A stretch of 63,254 bases of DNA from Pseudomonadota bacterium (lineage in GTDB: Bacteria > Pseudomonadota > Alphaproteobacteria > Rickettsiales > RGZB01), in assembly GCA_010031735.1 (NCBI GenBank), contig RGZB01000005.1:1-63254 (forward strand), in the 5' to 3' direction. How positions within the stretch are numbered: the stretch's first letter is position 1; the number at the start of each line of letters is the position of its first letter. Both the position numbers and the translations under genes were made by a program. The notes under the pieces were generated by a model. The model did no database searches. It had not been told where the DNA came from and worked only from the letters and a program-made list of their open reading frames with translations. Positions 27,138 to 37,497 of this stretch are shown here, one piece after another.

Positions 27138-29264
27138 ATGGGTGCAGCCGATTCCAATCCTTCATGGGTAAACATCATCCAGCAGCAATTCGCTGCGGAT
27201 CGTGAACGCTTTATTCTGTGGTTGCCGGTGTGGCTCGGAGTGGGCATCGGTAGTTATTTCTCGCTTACGAACGAGCCTTCGTTAGTCTATCCGCTGGCTG
27301 CTGGGGTATTATGCCTACTGCTTGCAGTATTTTTTCGCCGCCGCGCCTTCTATCACCGACTTTTTCTGATCTTGCTTACGATCGCCCTTGGATTTTCTGC
27401 GGCGGGTCTACGCACGCGTGCGGTGGATGCGCCCGTGATCGCATTTGCCACCAAACCCGTATGGGTGCGTGGCACGATCGACAAGATCGAGCACGTAGGG
27501 AAAGGCTACCGCATATGGCTTACGCAAGTCGATATCTGGAAATTCTCACCCGCCCATACACCGGCCGCGATCCGGCTCACGGTCCGCACCGCGGTGCCAG
27601 AAGATCTGAAGGCAGGCGATCGCATTTCCGTGAAGGCTGCGCTCTCGCCGCCGCCGGGTCCCGTACTACCCGGTGGTTATGATTACAGCATGGTGGCCTA
27701 TTTCGAGCGTACGGGTGCGGTGGGTTATACGGTAACGCCGGTCGAGCGGCTCGCCGAGGCGGGTGGCGGCCTGGCGCTTTCGACCCATATCCAGCATGTG
27801 CGCCAGACCATGACCAATAAAGTGTACCGCCCACTGGAGGATGTGCCCGGTGTCATCAACGACCGCGGCAGTGTGGCGGCCTCGATGATCACGGGCGAGC
27901 GCGGTGCGATCAGTAACGCGGCGATGGAGGCGCTCCGCATCTCAGGACTTGCACATATCCTTTCCATTTCGGGCCTCCATCTGGTGCTCGTGACGGGAAC
28001 GTGCTTTTTCTTGGTACGTCTGATACTGGCGGCGATACCGCCGGTTGCGCTGCGCTATCCCATCAAGAAATGGGCGGCCTTCATCTCACTGATCGTAGGG
28101 TTTCTGTATCTTTTAATCGCCGATTCACCGGTGCCGGCGGAACGCTCCTTCATCATGGTAGGTTTTTTCTTATGCGCGATCTTACTGGATCGTACGGGCA
28201 CACCACTTCGCCCGGTAGCATTTGCGGCATTCCTGATTCTGTTGATGGAGCCGGAGACATTATTATCTGCAAGTTTCCAGATGTCGTTTGCTGCAGCACT
28301 CGCACTTGTCGCTGCCTATGAGAGTGTGCCGTGGCTGAAGCCTGATCGCAGAGACCGTAACAGCCTCGTCTGGCGCGGCTTCTTTTATGTGAGTGGTATT
28401 ATCCTTTCTTCGCTCGTCGCGGGTGCGGCGACAGCGCCTTTTGGCATTTATCATTTCGGGCGCTATTCGGTATATGGTTTACTCTCCAATCTCGGTGCGC
28501 TTCCGGTGACGTCATTCCTGGTGATGCCGGCGGCAATGCTCGGAAGCTTGCTGATGCCTTTCGGGCTAGAGCGCTTTGCACTCATCCCGATGGGATACGG
28601 GGTCGATATCATCCTTAAAGTCTCGTATGCCGTGAGCGCGCTTCCACGTGCGAACATCCCCGTGCATTCCGGCAATCTTGCGGCTCTATTGCTCGCGGTC
28701 GCAGGGGGTTTATGGCTGTGTTTGTGGCGCGAGAACATCCGCTTCCTCGGGATACCGCTTTTGATGCTATCGTTCCTTATTTTGCCGTTCCGCGAGATGC
28801 CGGACCTCTATTTTGACCGCGGTGGAAAATTATTCGCGATGAAGGCGGGTGATGGGAAGCTCATTTTCTCCGACCGTACGAAAGCGCGGTTCAGCCGGCG
28901 CGGTTGGCAGCAGATGAATGCCGAAGAAGGGAAGTCGCGGGTGATCAAAGAACAATTCAGAAACGTCTCGATCCTCGAAGAGAACGGCATCGCGATCGCG
29001 TGTGAGGAGGCGTTCTGCGAGTACACCAAACACGGACACAAAGCGATGATCGTGCGTGCGTGGGTGCCCGACGAGCGATGCAGTGCCGCCGAGGCGGTGG
29101 TGATCCTCACCGACCTGCCGGCCTGTTCTTCCCATCCACACCGTATCACGCGGGAAATACTTGCTGAAACGGGTACCCAGGTGTGGTGGTTGGGTAAGTC
29201 GGGCATAAAAACCACTTCGGTGAGGGAAGAGCGCGGTACTCGCCGCTGGACACAGAGGCGTTAA
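27138..29264 (+). CDS. comEC: ComEC/Rec2 competence protein
   Basis: PGGYDY, SGLAHILSISGLH, ERSFIM, SFQMSFAA. Confidence 0.94.
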   Translation: MGAADSNPSWVNIIQQQFAADRERFILWLPVWLGVGIGSYFSLTNEPSLVYPLAAGVLCLLLAVFFRRRAFYHRLFLILLTIALGFSAAGLRTRAVDAPVIAFATKPVWVRGTIDKIEHVGKGYRIWLTQVDIWKFSPAHTPAAIRLTVRTAVPEDLKAGDRISVKAALSPPPGPVLPGGYDYSMVAYFERTGAVGYTVTPVERLAEAGGGLALSTHIQHVRQTMTNKVYRPLEDVPGVINDRGSVAASMITGERGAISNAAMEALRISGLAHILSISGLHLVLVTGTCFFLVRLILAAIPPVALRYPIKKWAAFISLIVGFLYLLIADSPVPAERSFIMVGFFLCAILLDRTGTPLRPVAFAAFLILLMEPETLLSASFQMSFAAALALVAAYESVPWLKPDRRDRNSLVWRGFFYVSGIILSSLVAGAATAPFGIYHFGRYSVYGLLSNLGALPVTSFLVMPAAMLGSLLMPFGLERFALIPMGYGVDIILKVSYAVSALPRANIPVHSGNLAALLLAVAGGLWLCLWRENIRFLGIPLLMLSFLILPFREMPDLYFDRGGKLFAMKAGDGKLIFSDRTKARFSRRGWQQMNAEEGKSRVIKEQFRNVSILEENGIAIACEEAFCEYTKHGHKAMIVRAWVPDERCSAAEAVVILTDLPACSSHPHRITREILAETGTQVWWLGKSGIKTTSVREERGTRRWTQRR

Positions 29265-29285
29265 TCGATAAAAATCAGAGGCGAT

Positions 29286-30902
29286 ATGCATCGCTCCACA
29301 ACTCTACGCGCCACGCTGCTTCTGGGCTTCACGGCCTTGCTATTTTTGCTGCCTTTTTCTGGCAATGCGGAAACGGAAGTGCATGCCCTTCGCTCGGGCG
29401 TAAAAGACGATATCACACGCGTGGTGATGGAGGTGAAGGATTTGGGCGAGCACCGTATCTTCCTACTGCAGAACCCTCCGCGCGTCGTCGTCGATATCCC
29501 GAACGGGTCTTTCAGCGTGCCGCAGGAACAGATAAGTAAAGCGGCGGGTGAAACGATACGGGCCGTGCGTTTCGGCAAACCCTCGCCGGAGAAACTACGC
29601 ATCATCTTTGACCTCAACAACAAAGGAGAGATAGAAGGCAGTTTCGTGATCCCGCCGAAAGGCGATGGGGGGGCGCCGCGCCTGGTGGTGGATATCCGTG
29701 CAGGGACACCCCTTCCGGTGGCGGTGGAAGCAACACACGTAGCACCTAAAGAGACGCCGAAAGAAATCCCCATCGTCCCGCCGGCGAAAGAGGAATCTGC
29801 AGAGACGGATAAGCATAAAACCGTGGAACCGGTCACTATCCAGGAAGTGGAACAGGAAGAAACCCCTTCGAAGAAAGTGGCATCGTTCCCTTCCGTACAG
29901 GAACTCCAAAAAGAAAAAGAGGAAGAAGAAAAAATCCCGGAGAACGTAATCCCACAAAAGACAACCCTGCCCATCCCGAAACATCGTCCACGCTCCCTCA
30001 ATACCAAGGCCACCGATGTGCCGGAGGAGATCGAGCGCGCCCAAGCGGACACGGTCAAGAATCTGATCACGGGCAATCTTGAAGAGGATGAAAGGAATAA
30101 TGAGCCGAAGAAAGAATCGCGTATCGACGTGCTGCTACCCGAAAAGCTGAAGCAGAAAGGCAAACAGATCTCGAAGAAAGGGGTGCCTGCGGCGACCGTG
30201 AAACAGGCGCTTGCCCATGCGGATTACAAACCGGTGGTAGTCATCGACCCCGGGCATGGCGGTGTCGATCCGGGTGCGATCGGACGCACCGGCATATATG
30301 AAAAGCAGGTCACACTTGGCTTTGCACAGACGCTCAAGAAAGCCCTCGAGGAAGATGGTAAATACCGTGTGGTGATGACACGTACACGTGATAACTACAT
30401 CACGCTGAAAGACCGTGTCGAGATCGCACGCAAAGCGAACGCCGATATCTTCATCTCGCTCCATGCCGATTCGCACCCGAACGGGAATATGCGCGGGCTT
30501 TCGGTCTATACACTTTCCGATAAGGCTTCAGACCGCGAGGCTGCCGTACTCGCGAAACATGCGAATCAGGGTGAGAAGATCGATGGGGTGGAACTCGCCG
30601 AACATAATCAGGATACGCAACGTATCCTGATCGATATGGTGCGCCGGGATACCGTGAATGCCTCGGGCCACTTTGCCGAATTGCTGGTGAACGAGATGGG
30701 GCAGGAAACCAAGCTGCTCAATAACTCCCACCGTTTTGCAGGATTTATGGTGTTGACGAGCGCGGATGTGCCTTCCGTGCTGATCGAACTGGGATATCTG
30801 TCGAATCCGCAAGAAGAGAAACTTCTTCACTCTAAATTATACAAAGAAAAGCTGATCCATGGTATGGTGGCCGCCATCAATCATTATTTTGACGGCATTT
30901 GA
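29286..30902 (+). CDS. amiC: N-acetylmuramoyl-L-alanine amidase (AMIN + Amidase_3)
   Basis: AMIN-like N-terminus, IDPGHGGVDPGA, FISLHAD, SVLIELGYLSN. Confidence 0.92.
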   Translation: MHRSTTLRATLLLGFTALLFLLPFSGNAETEVHALRSGVKDDITRVVMEVKDLGEHRIFLLQNPPRVVVDIPNGSFSVPQEQISKAAGETIRAVRFGKPSPEKLRIIFDLNNKGEIEGSFVIPPKGDGGAPRLVVDIRAGTPLPVAVEATHVAPKETPKEIPIVPPAKEESAETDKHKTVEPVTIQEVEQEETPSKKVASFPSVQELQKEKEEEEKIPENVIPQKTTLPIPKHRPRSLNTKATDVPEEIERAQADTVKNLITGNLEEDERNNEPKKESRIDVLLPEKLKQKGKQISKKGVPAATVKQALAHADYKPVVVIDPGHGGVDPGAIGRTGIYEKQVTLGFAQTLKKALEEDGKYRVVMTRTRDNYITLKDRVEIARKANADIFISLHADSHPNGNMRGLSVYTLSDKASDREAAVLAKHANQGEKIDGVELAEHNQDTQRILIDMVRRDTVNASGHFAELLVNEMGQETKLLNNSHRFAGFMVLTSADVPSVLIELGYLSNPQEEKLLHSKLYKEKLIHGMVAAINHYFDGI

Positions 30903-30910
30903 ACACTGCC

Positions 30911-33523
30911 ATGACGAAGAAACAGCCCAAAAAAACCAAAAAAAGTGCCCTGATGGAGGAGCTGACGCGTGAAGAGAACACGCGTAAATCCCGTCGCCGC
31001 CGCAACTGGCTGCTGGCGATCGGCGCGTTCATGCTCTGTGCGGCTGCAGGTGCGATGCTCGCGGTATGGATGATCATCACCTTCTACAGCCGCGATCTTC
31101 CGGACCATAAACAACTCGCGAAATACAACCCTTCCGTCACTACACGCCTTTATGCGGGTGATGGCCGCTTGATGGAGGAATATGCGCGCGAGAATAGGAT
31201 ATTCGTTCCGATCACCTCGATGCCGAAGATCGTGATCGAGGCCTTCACCTCCGCCGAAGACCAGAATTTCTATAAGCATTCCGGTATCGACTTCTTCGGC
31301 ATCATGCGCGCCATGGGACAGAACCTCTATAACTATGTGCGTACGGATAAGCGCCGCCTGATCGGCGCTTCGACCATCACGCAGCAGGTGGCAAAAAACA
31401 TGCTGCTCACCAACGAGAAAACCTTTGCACGCAAGATCAAGGAAGCGATCCTTGCTTACCGTATGACGCTGACCTTCAGCAAAGACCGCATCATGGAGCT
31501 CTATCTGAACGATATTTTCCTGGGGTCGGGTTCGTATGGTGTGGCTGCTGCATCGCTCAACTATTTCAACAAATCCGTCGAGGAACTGACCGTGCAGGAA
31601 GTCGCACTTCTGGCCGCACTGCCAAAAGCACCTTCTACCTATGACCCCCGCCGCAACTACGAAGCGGCGTATGGTCGCCGCAACTGGGTGATCGACCGCA
31701 TGCGTGAGGATGGCCACATCACCCTCACACAAGCACGCCGTGCGAAACGCGCGCCGATCGTGCTCAGGGGTCGTGACCGCACCGAGGTGGTAAGTGCACC
31801 GTTCTTCGCGGAAGAAGTGCGCCGCCAGATCGCGAAGGAATACGGCGAGAAATCACTCTATGAAGGCGGGCTTACAGTGATGACGACCCTCGACCCGAAA
31901 TTACAGGAGATCGCTGAACGTGCCATTAAAGCCGGTCTATCAGCCTATGATCGCCGTCAAGGGTTTTATCAGATCATCGCACGCATCCCGGTAAGTGATA
32001 GCTGGCTTGATGAACTAAAAACGATCGGTAAGCCGCTCGGCATGGATTATGCGACGCTTGCCGTTACCCTCGGCAGCAATGCAACAGGATATCTGATCGG
32101 CCTTGATGACGGGCGCGATGCGCAAATCCCATTCAGTTCGATGAAGTGGACTGAGAAAATCCCGAATAGCCACGGCAAGAAACGCAAAGTGGAAGAGGTG
32201 CTTAAAGTGGGCGATGTGGTGACCGTGACGCAGTCGAAAGAATCGAGCGATTTCTACGAACTGCAACAACAGCCGCAGGTGGAGGGTGCTATCGTCGCCA
32301 TGGATCCGCATAACGGCCGTGTGCTCGCGATGGTCGGCGGTTACGATCACAAGAAGAGCCAATTCAACCGTGCGACACAGGCGATTCGCCAACCGGGTTC
32401 TGCATTCAAACCGTTTGTCTACACCGCGGCGCTTGAGAACAACTACACGCCTGCGAGCCTGATCAACGACGAGCCGGTGGAGTTCCTGATCCAGAAGAAA
32501 AGCGATATCAATGTCGAAGAGGGCGATAGCTCCGGTGCGGGCGAGGCAACCGAAGACGAGGTCTGGTCACCGCAGAATATCTCTGGCGATTTTTATGGTC
32601 CTACGACGCTTCGCACCGGCCTGGAGAAATCACGGAACGTGATGACGGTGCGTCTTGCGATGGCGATGGGCATTGGGAAAGTGATGGAAGTGGCGAAGCG
32701 TTTCGGTATCAACCAGAATCCACAGCGTAACCTTGCGACCGCACTCGGCGCAACCGAGACGACACTGCTCGACCTCACCAATGCCTACGCTATCATCGTA
32801 AACGGTGGGAAACGCGTGAACCCATCGCTCATCGAACGTGTGCAGGACCGAAACGGCATCACGGTGTATCGGCGCGATGACCGCGTCTGTCCAAACTGTC
32901 AGTTTGTTTCAGTCGATCAATTGCAGGATCTCAAACTCCCGAACCTCGACGACACACGCGAGCAGGTGACCGACCCGTTTACTGCCTACCAGATGGTGTC
33001 GCTCATGGAAGGGGTGGTAAAACGCGGCACCGCCACGCGCGCCCTTGAGATCGGCAAGCCGATCGCGGGGAAAACCGGTACGACCAATAACAGTATGGAC
33101 ACGTGGTTCGTCGGTTTCACTCCCGACCTAGTGGTAGGCGTATTCGTAGGGTACGACAAACCCTATCCGCTCGGTGAGAAAGAAACCGCAGCGACGGTCG
33201 CACTCCCGATGTTCGTCGATTTCATGAAAGAGGCACTTGCCGATAAACCGGCAACGCCGTTCCGTATTCCGCCCGGTATCCGCCTGGTGCGTATCGATGG
33301 TAAAACCGGATTCCTGCCGGGACCCGATACCCAGGCCAAAGATATCATCATCGAAGCATTCAAGCCGGGAACGGAACCGAAGATCTCCATACGCAGGAGC
33401 GAGGCATCCTCCGCACTGGTCGAGAAGAAGCCGACGGGTGATGTCGAAAAATCCAAAGAGCAGATGGAAGAACGATTACTCCGGGATACACCGGCAACAC
33501 GTGGCACGGGAGGGATATACTGA
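30911..33523 (+). CDS. mrcA: penicillin-binding protein 1A
   Basis: AEDQNFYKH, GASTITQQVAKN, QPGSAFKP, SRN, KTGT. Confidence 0.96.
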   Translation: MTKKQPKKTKKSALMEELTREENTRKSRRRRNWLLAIGAFMLCAAAGAMLAVWMIITFYSRDLPDHKQLAKYNPSVTTRLYAGDGRLMEEYARENRIFVPITSMPKIVIEAFTSAEDQNFYKHSGIDFFGIMRAMGQNLYNYVRTDKRRLIGASTITQQVAKNMLLTNEKTFARKIKEAILAYRMTLTFSKDRIMELYLNDIFLGSGSYGVAAASLNYFNKSVEELTVQEVALLAALPKAPSTYDPRRNYEAAYGRRNWVIDRMREDGHITLTQARRAKRAPIVLRGRDRTEVVSAPFFAEEVRRQIAKEYGEKSLYEGGLTVMTTLDPKLQEIAERAIKAGLSAYDRRQGFYQIIARIPVSDSWLDELKTIGKPLGMDYATLAVTLGSNATGYLIGLDDGRDAQIPFSSMKWTEKIPNSHGKKRKVEEVLKVGDVVTVTQSKESSDFYELQQQPQVEGAIVAMDPHNGRVLAMVGGYDHKKSQFNRATQAIRQPGSAFKPFVYTAALENNYTPASLINDEPVEFLIQKKSDINVEEGDSSGAGEATEDEVWSPQNISGDFYGPTTLRTGLEKSRNVMTVRLAMAMGIGKVMEVAKRFGINQNPQRNLATALGATETTLLDLTNAYAIIVNGGKRVNPSLIERVQDRNGITVYRRDDRVCPNCQFVSVDQLQDLKLPNLDDTREQVTDPFTAYQMVSLMEGVVKRGTATRALEIGKPIAGKTGTTNNSMDTWFVGFTPDLVVGVFVGYDKPYPLGEKETAATVALPMFVDFMKEALADKPATPFRIPPGIRLVRIDGKTGFLPGPDTQAKDIIIEAFKPGTEPKISIRRSEASSALVEKKPTGDVEKSKEQMEERLLRDTPATRGTGGIY

Positions 33524-33524
33524 T

Positions 33525-35459
33525 ATGGGCACTTTCATGAAGCGGTTGCGCTATTACGTCCCCAACGTACCGACCGGCTTTATCTTGCTTATCGGTATAC
33601 TCATTGCCTACACGGGCATCACGCCGATACTTAATCCCGAATTCTATGACGATGGAGTGGATTCCAGCTGGATGTGGGTGATGTGCGAGGCATTCGTCCA
33701 CCATATGAAATGGGGGAAGGATATCCTCTGGCATTACGGTCCTTTAGGGTTCCTCTACGGCAGAGGGTATAACCCGGATACCTTCCTGCTCAAGAATATC
33801 TGCTGGTTCTATATGGTCACGGTTTATGTGGCGGGTTGCTACACACTCGTGATGCGTAGCGGGGAGAGAACCACGCCGCACCTGGTCGCGATCCCGATGC
33901 TGATGCTGTTCGCCGCCATCTCGTATGAAACTGCATTCCTCTCCTTCCCGGTCTTGTTCCTGGTCTATTCTTTCTTCATGCGTGCAAGACAGTCCAAGCT
34001 TCTGCTGTACCTGCTTGTGGGTGGGATGGTGATCTCGAGTTTGACCAAGATCAGTTACATGATGCTGTCGCTCGTGATACTCCTGCTGGTCGAATCTTTC
34101 CGAATGATCTGCCTGAAAGAGCGTCCTTACTACATCGTTGCATATGTTGTGGGGTGGCTCGTGGGCTGGAAACTCTGCCACCAGGATTTCACATTGATTC
34201 CGGCCTATATACACGGTGCCATGCAACATGCCCACGGCTTTGCAGAAAGCATGCAGCTCGATATCACCGCGTCATTGCATTACCCTTTGTTCGTGGGCGG
34301 TCTCGTGATCATCTGGGCGCTGATGGCGAGCATCTGGTTTCCCCAATTCGGGAAAGAGGCGTGGGTGCCACTGCTTGGAATCGCCTACATTTTCTTTGCG
34401 GCCACCAAGATCGGCTTCATCCACAACAATAATTATCACATCTTGGAAGCAAGCGCGGTTTTCATCCTGGTTGCACTCACGACCCGCGACCTTTTCTGGG
34501 AGGATCTCTCGGAGCGCAAACAATATATCTTCATGTTCTACTGCATGGGTGTTGCGATATTCATCACCCTGATGTCGATGAGCCAGGAAGGAGCCGACGA
34601 CCGGAAAGAGCTGAAAAAGATGTTCAGTGATGTGGATCCGAAAAACCCACTTTCTGGCAAATCAAACGAAGCGCATTTTAAGGAGGCACTCGAAAAGATA
34701 CGGTCAGAAAATCCGCTGCCGCAAGTGAAAGGTACCTCGGATATGCTGGCCGCTTCGCAGGCAGTGCTTCTCGCGCACCATCTGGCATATAAGCCGCGAC
34801 CGATCTTCCAGGGTTACCATGTCTTTACCTCGTATCTTGCCGAGAAGAACAAAGCGTTTCTTGAGAGCGACCAGGCGCCGGATAATCTCTTTTTCAAAAT
34901 CAGCCAGGTGACGAAACGCTACACCTCGATCGAAGATGCCGTCTCCTGGCCGGTGATCCTTACCCATTATGACCCGCAAAAGTTCTACGGAACCGGACTT
35001 GAACACCGTGTGCTCCATCTCACCAAGCGGGATAAACCGGTTACTTATAGCTTCAAGACCATCCGTCAGGTGACGGCGAAATGGCGGGATAAAGTAGATG
35101 TACCGTCGGTCAAGAAATATGGCCTGGTGTGGGTGCGCATCCATGTAGAGCCCACGTTACTCCACCGGATAGTGACCACATTCTACCGTGCGGCGCGTGT
35201 CATGATGGAGGTGGAAACAGCGGATGGTAAAAAACAGAATGCCATACTGATGTACGGTACGCTGGAGGACGGATTCCTCATTTCGCCGGAGATCAAGACG
35301 GCAGATGATTTCAAGGCGCTTTACGGTAAAGATCCCGTACCGCCTGCACGCGATGTGGTCTCGATCTCGCTCTTCGAGAAGGGCCTAAAAATGTACGCCC
35401 ATCATCTGTTCGAGCCGAAGGTGGAGTATACGTTCGAGCAGGTTGTCATCCACCGCTAG
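33525..35459 (+). CDS. multi-TM membrane protein with C-terminal soluble domain (putative GT-C-type glycosyltransferase)
   Basis: About 11-12 hydrophobic segments; GVDSSW...WGKD...YGPLG first-loop motif; start at MGTF just after mrcA stop. Confidence 0.55.
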   Translation: MGTFMKRLRYYVPNVPTGFILLIGILIAYTGITPILNPEFYDDGVDSSWMWVMCEAFVHHMKWGKDILWHYGPLGFLYGRGYNPDTFLLKNICWFYMVTVYVAGCYTLVMRSGERTTPHLVAIPMLMLFAAISYETAFLSFPVLFLVYSFFMRARQSKLLLYLLVGGMVISSLTKISYMMLSLVILLLVESFRMICLKERPYYIVAYVVGWLVGWKLCHQDFTLIPAYIHGAMQHAHGFAESMQLDITASLHYPLFVGGLVIIWALMASIWFPQFGKEAWVPLLGIAYIFFAATKIGFIHNNNYHILEASAVFILVALTTRDLFWEDLSERKQYIFMFYCMGVAIFITLMSMSQEGADDRKELKKMFSDVDPKNPLSGKSNEAHFKEALEKIRSENPLPQVKGTSDMLAASQAVLLAHHLAYKPRPIFQGYHVFTSYLAEKNKAFLESDQAPDNLFFKISQVTKRYTSIEDAVSWPVILTHYDPQKFYGTGLEHRVLHLTKRDKPVTYSFKTIRQVTAKWRDKVDVPSVKKYGLVWVRIHVEPTLLHRIVTTFYRAARVMMEVETADGKKQNAILMYGTLEDGFLISPEIKTADDFKALYGKDPVPPARDVVSISLFEKGLKMYAHHLFEPKVEYTFEQVVIHR

Positions 35460-35477
35460 ATTCGCTATAAAGAGGAT

Positions 35478-36594
35478 ATGAAAGCGGAAACCTTCCAGAC
35501 CATCGAAACCATCAAGCAGTCGCTCGACCTGCTGGGGAGGTTTCTTTGATATCGATTCCGCGCGCGCGCGCCTGAACGAACTTAGTGCCATCACCGCTGA
35601 TCCTGCGCTCTGGAATAACCGTGAGAGTGCACAGAAACTCCTGAAAGAACAAGACCACCTGAAATTCACCCTGGCGCGCTTTGATGCGATCGCCCGTGAC
35701 CTGAACGATAACGTCAGCCTGATCGAGATGGGCGAAGCAGAGAATGATGCAAGCGTAGTGGCGGACGCTGAAAAAGGACTCAAGAAAACCGCGAAGGATG
35801 CCAAGCAGCTCGAGACCGAAGGCCTCTTCTCCGGCGAGGCGGATGCGAATAATTGTTTCATGGAGATCAACGCGGGTGCCGGTGGCACCGAGAGCTGCGA
35901 CTGGGCGGCGATGCTGATGCGGATGTATCTGCGCTGGGCCGAATGGCATGGATTTTCCGCCGAGATGGTGGATGAGCATGCAGGCGAGGGGGCGGGTATC
36001 AAATCCGCCACCATCAAGGTGAGCGGTATGCATGCCTATGGTTGGGCGAAAACCGAATCGGGCGTGCATCGTCTGGTGCGTATCTCTCCCTTCGATTCCA
36101 ACAAACGCCGCCATACGAGTTTTGCGAGTGTCTGGGTCTATCCGGAGATCGATGATTCCATCGAGGTCGCGATCGAGGAGAAGGACCTCCGTGTCGATAC
36201 CTTCCGTGCATCGGGTGCTGGCGGTCAGCACGTCAACAAAACCGATTCTGCGATCCGTATCACCCATATCCCGACCAATATCGTCGTGCAGTGCCAGACC
36301 GGGCGTTCCCAACACCGCAACCGTGCGGATGCCTATAAAATGCTGAAAGCCCGTCTGTATGAACTCGAACTGCGCAAGCGTGAAGAGGCTGCGAATGCCA
36401 TGAACGCGCAGAAGACGGATAACTCCTGGGGCAACCAGATCCGCTCGTATGTCCTGCATCCATACCAGATGGTGAAGGATTTACGCACGGGCGTCGAGAC
36501 CAGTGACACCGGTGGTGTGCTGGACGGCGACCTCGATGCTTTCATGTCGGCGGCACTTGCAGAACGCGTAATCAACCGGAGGAAAGATGCTTAA
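35478..36594 (+). CDS. prfB: peptide chain release factor 2 (programmed +1 frameshift)
   Basis: 23-codon first frame ends GGGGAGG TTT CTT TGA T; +1 frame continues to SPF and GGQ motifs. Confidence 0.96.
35534..35550 (+). promoter_or_regulatory. prfB +1 frameshift signal
   Basis: Internal SD GGGGAGG, then TTT CTT TGA T. Confidence 0.92.
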
Positions 36595-37495
36595 ACCCGA
36601 AGCACTGAAACAAGGCGACCGGATCGATGTGATCGCTCCCGGTCGCAGCGGTCCGAAAGCCGAGATCGCAGCGATCGAGCGCGTGATTACCGGGCAGGGT
36701 TTCACCGCCCGTATCCCGGCGGATATATATGGGGAGGACCTGCTCTGTTCGAACCGCGATGAAGTGCGTGCGCAACATCTGGTGCAGGCGCTTACGGCCA
36801 CGGATTCCAAGGCCGTATGGTGTGCGCGTGGGGGCTATGGTGCGGCACGCATCGTCGAGATTCTCAGGGTGAATAAAAAACCAAAAACACCGAAATGGTT
36901 CATTGGGTTCAGCGATAATACCGTGCTCCATATGTTCCTGAACCAGGAATGGGGTTGGTCGACGCTCCATGCGCCGGTGCTGTTCCAGATAGCAGAGGAG
37001 AAAGTCGATGAGGTCTCGGTCGCGATGACGGTCGATGTGCTGAAAGGCGAACTGAAAGCACTCCACCATCCGCTGACCGCCATCAATGCCCACGCACACC
37101 GCAAACATACCATCACTGCACCTATCGTAGGTGGCAACCAAACACTGGTGCAATGTTCTGCCGGTACTTCGTGGCAACTCGATACGCAAAAGAAGATCGT
37201 GCTCCTCGAGGATTGCGATGAGGAATCCTACCGCGTCGACCGTGCTCTCCTACAACTCTCGCAATCCGGCATACTAGAGGGTGTGGAGGCCATTGTGTTC
37301 GGTGCATTCACCCATCCAAAGCCAGAATATGAAGCCGCAGTGATGGCGGTCTTAAAACGCTTTGCAACGGCGCAGGCGATTCCTGTGTTTCACACCGAGA
37401 ATGTCGGCCATCGCAGCATGAACCATCCGGTAGTGCTGGGTGCCCCAGCGACCATCACCGCGGGTGTGGACCCGGTGTTGTCGATCACGCTATAA
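36587..37495 (+). CDS. ldcA: LD-carboxypeptidase (peptidase S66)
   Basis: RGGYG, GFSDNT, GGN, LLEDCDE, GH. Confidence 0.88.
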   Translation: MLKPEALKQGDRIDVIAPGRSGPKAEIAAIERVITGQGFTARIPADIYGEDLLCSNRDEVRAQHLVQALTATDSKAVWCARGGYGAARIVEILRVNKKPKTPKWFIGFSDNTVLHMFLNQEWGWSTLHAPVLFQIAEEKVDEVSVAMTVDVLKGELKALHHPLTAINAHAHRKHTITAPIVGGNQTLVQCSAGTSWQLDTQKKIVLLEDCDEESYRVDRALLQLSQSGILEGVEAIVFGAFTHPKPEYEAAVMAVLKRFATAQAIPVFHTENVGHRSMNHPVVLGAPATITAGVDPVLSITL

Positions 37496-37497
37496 CC

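Noticed and set aside
29261-30163. 300-aa antisense ORF over amiC, and similar long shadow ORFs (35512-36459, 45884-46702, 48283-49299, 56803-57687)
   Set aside because: Antisense to well-supported genes, with no motifs; expected from codon bias
33237-33524. N-terminal extension of the 740-aa ORF
   Set aside because: Overlaps mrcA out of frame; ATG at 33525 is the plausible start
35478-35549. prfB as a pseudogene
   Set aside because: The in-frame stop is the canonical programmed frameshift site
35559-35571. (CG)n run
   Set aside because: Short and coding (Ala-Arg-Ala-Arg) within prfB
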